From Pseudodesulfovibrio mercurii (lineage in GTDB: Bacteria > Desulfobacterota > Desulfovibrionia > Desulfovibrionales > Desulfovibrionaceae), in contig NC_016803.1 of NCBI RefSeq assembly GCF_000189295.2, positions 480,001 through 512,000 of the forward strand: a stretch of 32,000 nt of DNA, in the 5' to 3' direction. Position numbers and translations under genes: made by a program. Shown one piece after another: positions 9,079-16,902 of the stretch (the stretch's first letter is position 1; each line of letters starts with the position of its first letter). Under the pieces are notes generated by a model. It did no database searches and was not told the origin of the DNA. It saw nothing but the letters and a program-made list of their open reading frames with translations.

Positions 9079-10164
9079 TTACTCCGTCTTCATGCGGGCT
9101 GTGCCTTCCTTGTAGAAGGGGAGGCTTGTCTTTTTCGCTTCCAGCTCGGCGCGGGCGGTCTTGATGATGAAGGTCTCGTTGTCCGCGTCCTTGGCCCGGA
9201 CGTAGGCCAGGGCGACGCAGTGGCCCAGGCTCGGGGCGAAGGAACCGCTGGTGACCACGCCGGTCTTCTCACCGCCGGGCAGGCAGACCTCGTCGTTGTG
9301 GCGGGCCGTGCGCCGGCCGTCGATGGTCAGGGGAATCAGGCACTCGTCCACGCGGCCCAGGCCGGACTTGCCGATGTATTCGGACTCCTTCTTGAGGAAG
9401 AAGCCGGAACCGGCCTCCACCGGGGTGCGCTGCTCGTCCAGGTCCTGGCCGTAGAGCGGATAGCCGATCTCCAGGCGCAGGGTGTCGCGTGCGCCCAGGC
9501 CGACCGGCTCCACGCGCTCGTCCGCCATGAGCTTTTCCCACACGTCCAGGGCCTTGTCAGACGGCAGGTAGAGCTCGTAGCCCAGCTCGCCCGTGTACCC
9601 GGTGCGGCTGACGATCATCGGGAAGCCGAGCACGTCTGTCTGCTCGAAGTTGAAGTATTTCAAATGATTCCACTTGCAACCCAGGAGCGCGTTGACGACC
9701 TCCAGGCTCTCCGGGCCCTGCACGTCGATCTTGCCGGTCTCGTCGCTGATGTCCGTGAAGACCAGGCCGGAGGGCAGGTTGGCCGCGATGTGGTCGAAGT
9801 CCTTTTGGCGGCACGCGCCGTTGACCACGAGCATGTACTCGTCCTCGGCCAGGCAATAGACGATCAGGTCGTCGTTGATGCCGCCCGAGGCGTTGAGCAG
9901 GAAGCCGTAGCGGCACTTGCCGGGGGCCAGCGTGTTCAGGTCGTGGCTGACGATGGTGTTCAGCGCGTCCTTCGCGCCCTTGCCGGAGAGCTTGAATTCG
10001 CCCATGTGGCAGATGTCGAAGATGCCCGCCTTTTCACGGGTGTGCTTGTGTTCGACGATGATGCCCTTGTACTGCACCGGCATGTCGAAACCGGCGAACG
10101 GGGCCATCTTGGCGCCGTTTTCCCTGTGCCACTGGGTGAGCGGGGTGGTCTGCAGTTTTTCCAA
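9079..10164 (-). CDS. gcvT: Glycine cleavage system aminomethyltransferase (T protein)
   Basis: EKLQTTPLTQWHRENGAKMAPFAGFDMPVQYKGIIVEHKHTREKAGIFDICHMGEF is canonical GcvT, 361 aa. TTG start at 10164, with AAGGAG six nt upstream. Confidence 0.9.
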   Translation of the reverse strand: MEKLQTTPLTQWHRENGAKMAPFAGFDMPVQYKGIIVEHKHTREKAGIFDICHMGEFKLSGKGAKDALNTIVSHDLNTLAPGKCRYGFLLNASGGINDDLIVYCLAEDEYMLVVNGACRQKDFDHIAANLPSGLVFTDISDETGKIDVQGPESLEVVNALLGCKWNHLKYFNFEQTDVLGFPMIVSRTGYTGELGYELYLPSDKALDVWEKLMADERVEPVGLGARDTLRLEIGYPLYGQDLDEQRTPVEAGSGFFLKKESEYIGKSGLGRVDECLIPLTIDGRRTARHNDEVCLPGGEKTGVVTSGSFAPSLGHCVALAYVRAKDADNETFIIKTARAELEAKKTSLPFYKEGTARMKTE

Positions 10165-10185
10165 TGTATGCTCCTTGCGGTATTG

Positions 10186-11922
10186 CTATTGTCCCGAACC
10201 GGCCCGGCCCGACACGCGGGATTTCCGGATGGACCGGAATTCGTCGAGCAGCATGACCAGCTGTTGGTACTGTTTCTTGATGTCCCGCCCGTAGGGCGAG
10301 AGGTCCTTGTCGTCCCGCTGCACGTACTTGCGCAACAGGTAGGGGTCGGACACCACGTCGTTGCCGATGATCAGGATCTTGACCACGAGCTTGTCGAAAT
10401 AGTTGACGATCTCGAACTTGAGATCGTTCAGGATTTCGTTCATCAGCTCCAGCATGCGCCTGTACGAGATGGCCTCGCCCTTGTACTTGCGATAGCGCAA
10501 ATCTTCAAGGACCCGGATCTTCCTGGCCTGCTGAATCTGGCCGTAGCGCGACCAGACTTCCTGGTGCAGGTCGTGGAGCTCGTTGAAAATCTTGTAGTTG
10601 TCCGGGGCCAGGAGATAGGCGTCCAGGACGCGGACCAGCTGCGCGTAGTAGTCGTCCGAGTAGTCCACGATGCGGTGCATGTGCTTGGACAACCAGACGT
10701 AGAGCACCTTGAGCCGGTTTTCGTGGGTCTCGGTGTTGTCGATCAGCTCCTGGCGCTTGTAGTTCACCGGGATGCGGTACTCGCCGCGCACGATGTCGTT
10801 CAGGCGCAGGAGCATGTTGCGCACGTTCTGGATGATGTTCATGCCCTCGATGATCCGCCCGGTGATCGGGTGGATGATCTCCTGCCGGAGCACGGACAGG
10901 GCGCGGTCCTCGCGCACGTTCTTGGGGTTGTAGTCGTGCTGCTGGTAGGTCACCCGGAGGATGACCACGCGCTTCCTGGGGTCGATGAAGAATCCCTGGT
11001 CCTTGAGGACCTCCACAAGCTCCTTCTGGTTCTCGTTGACCTGGATCAGAGCGATCTTCTCCACCCTGGGGTACTTCATGGACCGCCTGGGCGTGCCCTT
11101 GGGCGGCGACATCAGGGTGGTGATGGTCCGGTCGCTCTGGCCGAGCACGCGAACGATGAACCGCTCGTGCTGGCGCAGCAGGCGGATGGCGAACATGGCC
11201 GAGGACGTGCGCCGCTCCGAGACGATGGGGAAGCCGTACAGCTCCATCATGAACTGGTAGACGAACAGCCGGTTGCACTCGTAGAGCAGGTTGTTGCCCG
11301 GCTTGAACTTGCCGATCTTGAGCCCGAACTGCTTGAGCTCGCTGTCCAGGTTGGACGGCAGGGAGGCGTACACGCCCTGCAGGGTGAACTCGCCCGCCGA
11401 GTTGAGCGCCAGGACGTGGGCCCGCTCCAACTGGAGCAGGAAGGGCAGTATCTTGTCGTAGTCCTGGATGGTGCAGATGTCGCAGGTTTCGAACCTGTTC
11501 AGGAATTCCTGGCGGTAGCGCTTGGGCAGGCGGCTCAGGAAGGTGCGGATGTTGGTCGCCCTGGCGTTGTCCTCCACCGAGCAGGAGTCCTGCACCAGCA
11601 TCTCCTCCCAGTCCGAGAGGGAGTGCAGGGCGTCGAACTGGAAGATTTCCTGAAAGGAATTGAGCTGCCGCTCGAAGACGACCATGGAAAAGCCCGGCAG
11701 ATTCTTGTGCTCGTAGAGATCGACTTCGAAGGAGGGCAGCAGCTCGCGGGCCTCCACCAGGGGGTAGTCGGGTTCCTCGAAATAGGGCCGGAGCAGGCAG
11801 TGCTTGATGTGCTCGTAGTCGATGAACGCCTTGAGTTCCTCAAGGGTTTCAAGTCGGACGCGGGACTTCTTTTTCCCTTTTTTCTTGTAGCCAGGAGCCT
11901 GGCTGAATGCTCTTTTCCACAT
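10186..11922 (-). CDS. Hypothetical protein, 578 aa, no recognisable family
   Basis: Uninterrupted 1.7-kb ORF with protein-like composition (K, I, N, Y, F, E, L rich) and G/C-ending codons like its neighbours. No TM segment or signal peptide. Lys-rich N-terminal tail KKKGKKKSR. ATG at 11922 has no obvious Shine-Dalgarno. The stop is 21 nt upstream of the gcvT start. Confidence 0.8.
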   Translation of the reverse strand: MWKRAFSQAPGYKKKGKKKSRVRLETLEELKAFIDYEHIKHCLLRPYFEEPDYPLVEARELLPSFEVDLYEHKNLPGFSMVVFERQLNSFQEIFQFDALHSLSDWEEMLVQDSCSVEDNARATNIRTFLSRLPKRYRQEFLNRFETCDICTIQDYDKILPFLLQLERAHVLALNSAGEFTLQGVYASLPSNLDSELKQFGLKIGKFKPGNNLLYECNRLFVYQFMMELYGFPIVSERRTSSAMFAIRLLRQHERFIVRVLGQSDRTITTLMSPPKGTPRRSMKYPRVEKIALIQVNENQKELVEVLKDQGFFIDPRKRVVILRVTYQQHDYNPKNVREDRALSVLRQEIIHPITGRIIEGMNIIQNVRNMLLRLNDIVRGEYRIPVNYKRQELIDNTETHENRLKVLYVWLSKHMHRIVDYSDDYYAQLVRVLDAYLLAPDNYKIFNELHDLHQEVWSRYGQIQQARKIRVLEDLRYRKYKGEAISYRRMLELMNEILNDLKFEIVNYFDKLVVKILIIGNDVVSDPYLLRKYVQRDDKDLSPYGRDIKKQYQQLVMLLDEFRSIRKSRVSGRAGSGQ

Positions 11923-12196
11923 AGGGAACGGTTCCGGGTCGGGTCAAAGGACGAGGGGCGGGGCCTCACGTGATCATCAAATTACTCTATACCCATCTGC
12001 CGTGAAATACAATGATTAGCGGATTATATTCGCATGATCCCCACTTGCGGCGGGTTCCGGATGATCAGGGGCGTCACACCGGTCCGTCGGGAAACAATGG
12101 GCCTGAATCATTGACTCTCTGCCCGCTGTTGGCTACTGTACCCAGGCCTTTGAGGCGCAACAGTACCGCAACGTTTCCGTGACCAGAGGGGGCGTC

Positions 12197-12400
12197 ATGA
12201 AAAAGAAGGACCAATGCCCGCGCTCGAAAATCAACGAGCAATATTGCACCTGCACCCACAACTGCGACAAGCACGGCATCTGTTGCGAATGTCTGCACTA
12301 CCACCGGCAGCGGGGTGAGCTGCCCGCCTGCTATTTCACCAAGGAAGAGGAAAAGACCTTCAACCGGTCCGTGGAATTCTTCATCCAGCGCCGGGCCTAG
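12197..12400 (+). CDS. Small cysteine-rich protein (8 Cys; resembles the family I recall as DUF6485)
   Basis: [47 protein letters not shown]... Start is the ATG at 12197, preceded by AGAGGGGG. The gene has its own terminator. The CxCxxxC...CCxC...HxH...C pattern suggests a metal or cluster site. Confidence 0.7.
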   Translation: MKKKDQCPRSKINEQYCTCTHNCDKHGICCECLHYHRQRGELPACYFTKEEEKTFNRSVEFFIQRRA

Positions 12401-12424
12401 GCCCGCGCCACCGGAACATGCATC

Positions 12425-12449
12425 AGGGCGGCCCAGACCGCCCTTTTTC
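12425..12449 (+). terminator. Rho-independent terminator after the Cys-rich gene
   Basis: GGGCGG (12426-12431), loop CCCAGA, CCGCCC (12438-12443), then TTTTT. It lies immediately before the suhB Shine-Dalgarno GGAGGGG. Confidence 0.7.
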
Positions 12450-12466
12450 TTGGAGGGGCAAGGCCC

Positions 12467-13261
12467 ATGACAGTACATTTCGACGCGGCGGACATCCTGG
12501 ACGGGCTGCACGCCGTCGCGGACAGGGCCGGGGAGATCGTCCGGGAGGGCGCGAGCCGCACCCGCCAAATCCGGCACAAGGGCCGCATCGACCTGGTCAC
12601 CGAGACCGACCTGGCCGTGGAGGCCATGCTCAAGACCGAGCTGGCCGCGCTCCTGCCCGGTTCGGATTTCCTGGCCGAGGAAACGGCCAAGGACACCGAG
12701 CCCGGCGAACTGACCTGGATCATCGACCCGGTGGACGGGACCACGAATTTCGCCCACGGCCTGCCCTACGTGGCCAACTCCATCGCCCTGTGGCACCGCG
12801 ACCGTGTGGTCCTGGGCATGGTCAACATGCCGCTGCTGGACGAGCGTTTCATCGCCGTGGCCGGGCAGGGGGCGTTCCTGAACGGCAAGCCCATCGCCGT
12901 GACCGGCGAAGCGGACCTGGAACAGTGCGTCCTGGCCACGGGCTTTCCCTACGACATCGACGCGCATCTCGAGGATATCCTGAAGAATCTCCGCACGCTG
13001 CTGCCCATTGCCCAGGGCATTCGGCGGGGCGGGGCCGCGGCCGTGGACCTGGCTTTCGTGGCCTGCGGGCGGCTGGACGGCTTCTACGAGCGCGCCCTGA
13101 ACCCGTGGGATACTGCGGCCGGGATGCTCCTGGTCGAAGAGGCGGGCGGCAGGGTGAGCGAATACGACGCGACCGTGCCGTACGCCTTCGGGTCGCGCTG
13201 CATCCTGGCCACCAACGGCCGGATTCACGAGCGGCTGAGCGGGCTTCTGGCCCGGGACTAG
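12467..13261 (+). CDS. suhB: Inositol monophosphatase family protein (SuhB-like)
   Basis: DLVTETD, WIIDPVDGTTNF and WDTAAG motifs of the IMPase/FIG superfamily. 264 aa. Confidence 0.9.
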   Translation: MTVHFDAADILDGLHAVADRAGEIVREGASRTRQIRHKGRIDLVTETDLAVEAMLKTELAALLPGSDFLAEETAKDTEPGELTWIIDPVDGTTNFAHGLPYVANSIALWHRDRVVLGMVNMPLLDERFIAVAGQGAFLNGKPIAVTGEADLEQCVLATGFPYDIDAHLEDILKNLRTLLPIAQGIRRGGAAAVDLAFVACGRLDGFYERALNPWDTAAGMLLVEEAGGRVSEYDATVPYAFGSRCILATNGRIHERLSGLLARD

Positions 13262-13283
13262 GACCCGTTGCAACGGGGCGGGG

Positions 13284-13820
13284 CTAGGCCGGGACGAGCA
13301 GGCCGGACTCCCAGAGGATGACCAGGTTGGGCGTGAGCAGCTCCCGGAACTCCTTGACCAGGCAGGTCAATTCCTCGGGCGAGTAATAGAACCCCTCGCA
13401 GACCGCGTCGCCGTTGGGCACCACGGGCAGGGTGTTCCGGGTCACCTCGAACAGGGAGACGTGCTCGAAGCCGGTCTCCGGCCCGGCGGGCAGTTCCCGG
13501 ATCAGCTGGGGCTGCTCGATCTCCAGGTTCAGCTCCTCTCTGAGGGCCCGGATGGCGGCGTCGAAGTCGGATTCCCCGGCCCGTGGATGGGTCCGGGCGG
13601 AGACGTCCCAGCGGCCGGGGAAGAACGGCTTGTTCAGGTTGCGTTTCTGCAGGAAGATTTTCTTGTCGGGGTTGAAGACCAGCACCTGGACCGAACGGTG
13701 CATCAGGAGTTGCCGGTGCACGCTGCGCTTGGAAAGCACGGCCAGGGGACGGTTGTCCTTGTCGATGACTTCGACCAGGTGATCCGTGTCGCGCTCGAGG
13801 GCTTCTTGTGGTGTGATCAT
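13284..13820 (-). CDS. NUDIX-fold protein, IPP-isomerase-like (COG1443-type) subfamily
   Basis: LMHRSVQVLVFNPDKKIFLQKRNLNKPFFPGRWDVSARTHPRAGESDFDAAIRALREELNL aligns by eye with type-1 IDI-like Nudix proteins. Start taken at the ATG at 13820 (MITPQE). Confidence 0.75.
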   Translation of the reverse strand: MITPQEALERDTDHLVEVIDKDNRPLAVLSKRSVHRQLLMHRSVQVLVFNPDKKIFLQKRNLNKPFFPGRWDVSARTHPRAGESDFDAAIRALREELNLEIEQPQLIRELPAGPETGFEHVSLFEVTRNTLPVVPNGDAVCEGFYYSPEELTCLVKEFRELLTPNLVILWESGLLVPA

Positions 13821-13906
13821 GGGCGCACGCTCTTTTGTTTGGCTCGTAAACATTGTATACATGTATTGTTTCAACATATCCAGCCCTATATGGGCGCGGA
13901 GGCGGG

Positions 13907-14362
13907 ATGAGGGACGAGGTGGTCGAATTGGGGGAGCCGGACGTTCAACAGCTCATGGAGCTGGAGGCGTTGTGCTTCGAGTACCATTGGACCCGGGAGC
14001 AGTTCCTGCTCGGCCTCGAAGGCGGGGCCTACAAGGTCATCGGCGTACGCCGGGACGGCGCCCTTGTGGGTTACATGGCCTTTTCGCTCATCGCGGACGA
14101 GATGGAGGTCCTCAACCTGGCGGTGCATCCGGATTGCCGCCGTCAGGGGCTGGGCGAAGCCCTGCTGGCCAGGTGTTTCGAGATCTGCGCGGCGCGCGGC
14201 ATCGCGAAAAGTTTCCTGGATGTAAAGGTCTCCAATGATCCGGCCTTGGCTTTGTACCGCAAATTCGGATACAAGAAGATCGGCGTGAGGAAGAAATACT
14301 ACCCGGACACCAGGGAGGACGCGCTCCTGTTCCGGTATGATTTTCAACAAAACGAAGGGTGA
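13907..14362 (+). CDS. rimI: Ribosomal-protein-alanine N-acetyltransferase-like GNAT
   Basis: LNLAVHPDCRRQGLGEALL...LDVKVSNDPALALYRKFGYKKIGVRKKYYPDTREDALL is RimI-like. 151 aa from the ATG at 13907. Confidence 0.75.
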   Translation: MRDEVVELGEPDVQQLMELEALCFEYHWTREQFLLGLEGGAYKVIGVRRDGALVGYMAFSLIADEMEVLNLAVHPDCRRQGLGEALLARCFEICAARGIAKSFLDVKVSNDPALALYRKFGYKKIGVRKKYYPDTREDALLFRYDFQQNEG

Positions 14363-14373
14363 GGTCCTGCCGT

Positions 14374-15573
14374 ATGCTGTGTATAGATCAGGTTGATATC
14401 GCTGGAAAAAAAGTACTGTTCAGGGTGGACTTCAACGTCCCCATAGAGGACGGAGTCATCACCGACGACAACCGCATCCGTGCGGCCCTGCCGACCATCC
14501 GCTATGCTTTGGACCAGGGGGCCTCGGTCATTCTCTGCGCGCATCTGGGCAAGCCCAAAGGCAAGGTCGTACCCGAACTCTCCCTGGGCCCGGTGGCCCG
14601 GCGCACCGGCGAACTGCTCGGCAAGGGCGTGGCCCTGGTGCCCGGCCGCATCGGCGACCAGGCCGTGAAGATGGCCGCCGACCTCGTGCCGGGTCAGGTG
14701 ATCATGCTCGACAACCTGCGCTTCAACCCCGAGGAGACCGGCAAGACCCCGGAAGAGCGGGGCGATTTCGGCAAGCTGCTGGCCTCCCTGGCCGACGTCT
14801 ACGTCAACGACGCCTTCGGCGTGGCCCACCGCGAGAACGCCTCGGTGGTGGACGTGCCCAAGTACGCCAAGGTCTGCTGCGCCGGGTTCCTGCTCAAGCG
14901 CGAATACGAATATCTGGGCGAGGCCCTGCAATCCCCCAAGCGCCCCTATGTCTGCGTCTCGGGCGGGGCCAAGGTCTCCACCAAGTTGGGAATATTGCGC
15001 AATCTGCTCGGCAAGGTGGACGACATCATCATCGGCGGGGCCATGGCCAACACCTTCCTTCTGGCCCAGGGCTACAATGTGGGCCAGTCCCTGGTGGAGC
15101 CGGACTTGGTGGACGCGGCGGCCGAGATCATGGCCAAGGCCAAGTCCATGGGCTCGGTGCTCCACCTGCCCGTGGACTTCCTCTACGCCAAGACGCCCAA
15201 GGCCAAGCAGGCCGAGGGGGTGTGCACGGCCAAGACCATCCCGCCGGACGCCCTGGTCCTGGACATCGGCCCCGAGACCATCACCAATTTCGTCTCCGTC
15301 ATCGAGTTGGCCAAGACCGTGGTCTGGAACGGGCCCATGGGGCTCTTTGAAACCACGGCCTTCGCCAAGGGGTCCCTGGCGGTCTGCGAGGCCATCGCCG
15401 GGCTGAAGAACGGCTTGACCATCGTGGGCGGCGGAGACACGGACGCGGTGGTCCACCTGCTCGGCTTGGCCGACAAGTTCAGTTTCATCTCCACGGGCGG
15501 CGGCTCGTTCCTGGAATTCCTCGAAGGCAAGGAACTTCCGGCCTTCAAAGCCTTAAAGGAGTGCATGAAGTAA
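14374..15573 (+). CDS. pgk: Phosphoglycerate kinase
   Basis: KKVLFRVDFNVP, AHLGKPKG, NLRF..EE, SGGAKVS.K and STGGGSFLEFLEGK motifs. ATG at 14374 with GGGTGAGG upstream. 399 aa. Confidence 0.95.
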   Translation: MLCIDQVDIAGKKVLFRVDFNVPIEDGVITDDNRIRAALPTIRYALDQGASVILCAHLGKPKGKVVPELSLGPVARRTGELLGKGVALVPGRIGDQAVKMAADLVPGQVIMLDNLRFNPEETGKTPEERGDFGKLLASLADVYVNDAFGVAHRENASVVDVPKYAKVCCAGFLLKREYEYLGEALQSPKRPYVCVSGGAKVSTKLGILRNLLGKVDDIIIGGAMANTFLLAQGYNVGQSLVEPDLVDAAAEIMAKAKSMGSVLHLPVDFLYAKTPKAKQAEGVCTAKTIPPDALVLDIGPETITNFVSVIELAKTVVWNGPMGLFETTAFAKGSLAVCEAIAGLKNGLTIVGGGDTDAVVHLLGLADKFSFISTGGGSFLEFLEGKELPAFKALKECMK

Positions 15574-16328
15574 TGAAGAAGCTGATGGCAGCCAACTGGA
15601 AGATGTACAAGACCTGGGGCGAGGCCGAAGCCACGGCCGGGGAACTGGTCGGGCTGGTCGCGGACGCACTCCCGGCTGACAGGGAAGTGCTCGTATTCCC
15701 GCCATTTACCGCACTCAAGGCCGTGGGCGACGTGTTCGGCCCGGCAGCCGGTTTTTCGGTCGGGGGCCAGGACTTCTATACAGAGGAGGAGGGCGCCTTC
15801 ACCGGCGAGATCTCCCCGAACATGCTCAAGGACGCGGGCGCTTCCTTCGGCCTGACCGGCCACTCGGAGCGCAGGCACGTGCTCGGCGAGGACGACGCAT
15901 TGGTGGGTCGCAAGACCGCCTACGGGCTGTCCCAGGGCCTCAAGGTCGTGCTGTGCATCGGCGAGCTCATCGAGGAGCGCCGGGCGGGCCGGGTGCAGGA
16001 GGTGCTCGAGCGCCAGTTGCGGGCCGGGCTCGCGGACGTGCCCGCGGACATGGACCCCGAGCGTCTGTCCGTGGCCTACGAGCCGGTCTGGGCCATCGGC
16101 ACCGGAGAGGTGGCCGGCCCTGCGGAAATCGTCGAGGCGCACGCCTTCACGCGGAAAATCCTCGTCTCCATCTTTGGTGAAAAAGCCAATGAAATGAGGA
16201 TCTTGTATGGCGGAAGCGTCAAGCCGGGCAACTGCGCTGAAATTATTGCGCTTGACAACGTGGATGGAGTATTGGTAGGAGGCGCGAGCTTGCAGGGAGA
16301 AAGCTTCAGTCGGATCGTACTGGCTTGA
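15573..16328 (+). CDS. tpiA: Triosephosphate isomerase
   Basis: MAANWKMYK, GHSERR, AYEPVWAIGTG and YGGSVKP motifs. TAATG overlap with the pgk stop. Confidence 0.95.
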   Translation: MKKLMAANWKMYKTWGEAEATAGELVGLVADALPADREVLVFPPFTALKAVGDVFGPAAGFSVGGQDFYTEEEGAFTGEISPNMLKDAGASFGLTGHSERRHVLGEDDALVGRKTAYGLSQGLKVVLCIGELIEERRAGRVQEVLERQLRAGLADVPADMDPERLSVAYEPVWAIGTGEVAGPAEIVEAHAFTRKILVSIFGEKANEMRILYGGSVKPGNCAEIIALDNVDGVLVGGASLQGESFSRIVLA

Positions 16329-16369
16329 TTTCGCAGGCGGAAACAAGTTTCTAAGAAAAGGGATTAATT

Positions 16370-16720
16370 GTGGAAACCATAGTCATAGTCATCCATGTTT
16401 TGGCTTGCATCTTTTTGATCGGCGCTGTAATGCTTCAGTCCGGTCACGAGGGGATGGGAGTCATCTTCGGCGGCGGGAGCAGCACGATGTTCGGCAGCAC
16501 CGGCGCGGGCGGTCTCCTGGTCAAGGTAACCGCTGGACTTGCAACGGTTTTCCTGCTCACTTCCCTCGGGTACAATATCCTGACCGGCAACAAGGTATCC
16601 AACGTGGACTCCATCATGCTGCAGCAGCAAACGCCTGCGGCGGAGACCACGGCCCCGGCGGCCCCGGCCAAGCCCGGCGTAACCTTCAAGGATACCGGTG
16701 ACGACGCCAAGAACCAGTAG
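16370..16720 (+). CDS. secG: Preprotein translocase subunit SecG
   Basis: IHVLACIFLIGAVMLQSG...FGGGSSTMFGSTGAGGLLVKVTAGLATVFLLTSL is typical SecG with two TM helices. GTG start. Conserved pgk-tpiA-secG order. Confidence 0.85.
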   Translation: METIVIVIHVLACIFLIGAVMLQSGHEGMGVIFGGGSSTMFGSTGAGGLLVKVTAGLATVFLLTSLGYNILTGNKVSNVDSIMLQQQTPAAETTAPAAPAKPGVTFKDTGDDAKNQ

Positions 16721-16736
16721 GTTCAAAGCATATCGT

Positions 16737-16823
16737 GCCGAGGTGGTGGAATTGGTAGACACGCTGTCTTGAGGGGGCAGTGGAAGAAATTCCGTGGGGG
16801 TTCGAATCCCCCCCTCGGCACCA
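16737..16823 (+). tRNA. leuU: tRNA-Leu, anticodon GAG, long variable arm, genomically encoded CCA
   Basis: Acceptor stem GCCGAGG/CCTCGGC. D arm GTGGAATTGGTAGAC. Anticodon stem CTGTC/GGCAG with loop TTGAGGG, giving anticodon GAG. Long variable arm. T arm GGGGGTTCGAATCCCCC. Discriminator A plus CCA at 16821-16823. Confidence 0.9.
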
Positions 16824-16832
16824 CGAAATCAA

Positions 16833-16872
16833 AAGGGTTGCAGCTAACAAGCTGCAACCCTTCCTCTTTTTT
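16833..16872. terminator. Bidirectional rho-independent terminator (tRNA-Leu / nucleotidyltransferase gene)
   Basis: AAGGGTTGCAGCT (16833-16845), loop AACA, AGCTGCAACCCTT (16850-16862), then CCTCTTTTTT. A run of A on the other side gives a T run when read on the minus strand. Confidence 0.8.
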
Positions 16873-16902
16873 AGGGAATGGGAAGGATGCCGCCAGTGCG
16901 GC

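Noticed and set aside
9220-11973. 917-aa plus-strand ORF, the longest in the track, spanning gcvT, the 21-nt spacer and the 578-aa gene on the opposite strand
   Set aside because: It is antisense to two genes that have clear protein-like sequence. Its translation is dominated by L, V, D, H, Q, G, A and R, with almost no K, N, I, Y or F, and has no recognisable motif. This is the classic open antisense frame of G/C3-biased genes.
11923-12196. Possible glycine riboswitch upstream of the orphan-gcvT unit
   Set aside because: Reading the minus strand, I found none of the conserved aptamer blocks (GGAGAG ... CACCGAAGGGGCAA type). This needs an Rfam scan for certainty.
12074-13273. 399-aa minus-strand ORF covering suhB and the Cys-rich gene
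   Set aside because: It is antisense to two well-supported genes and crosses their terminator. It has the shadow-frame composition.
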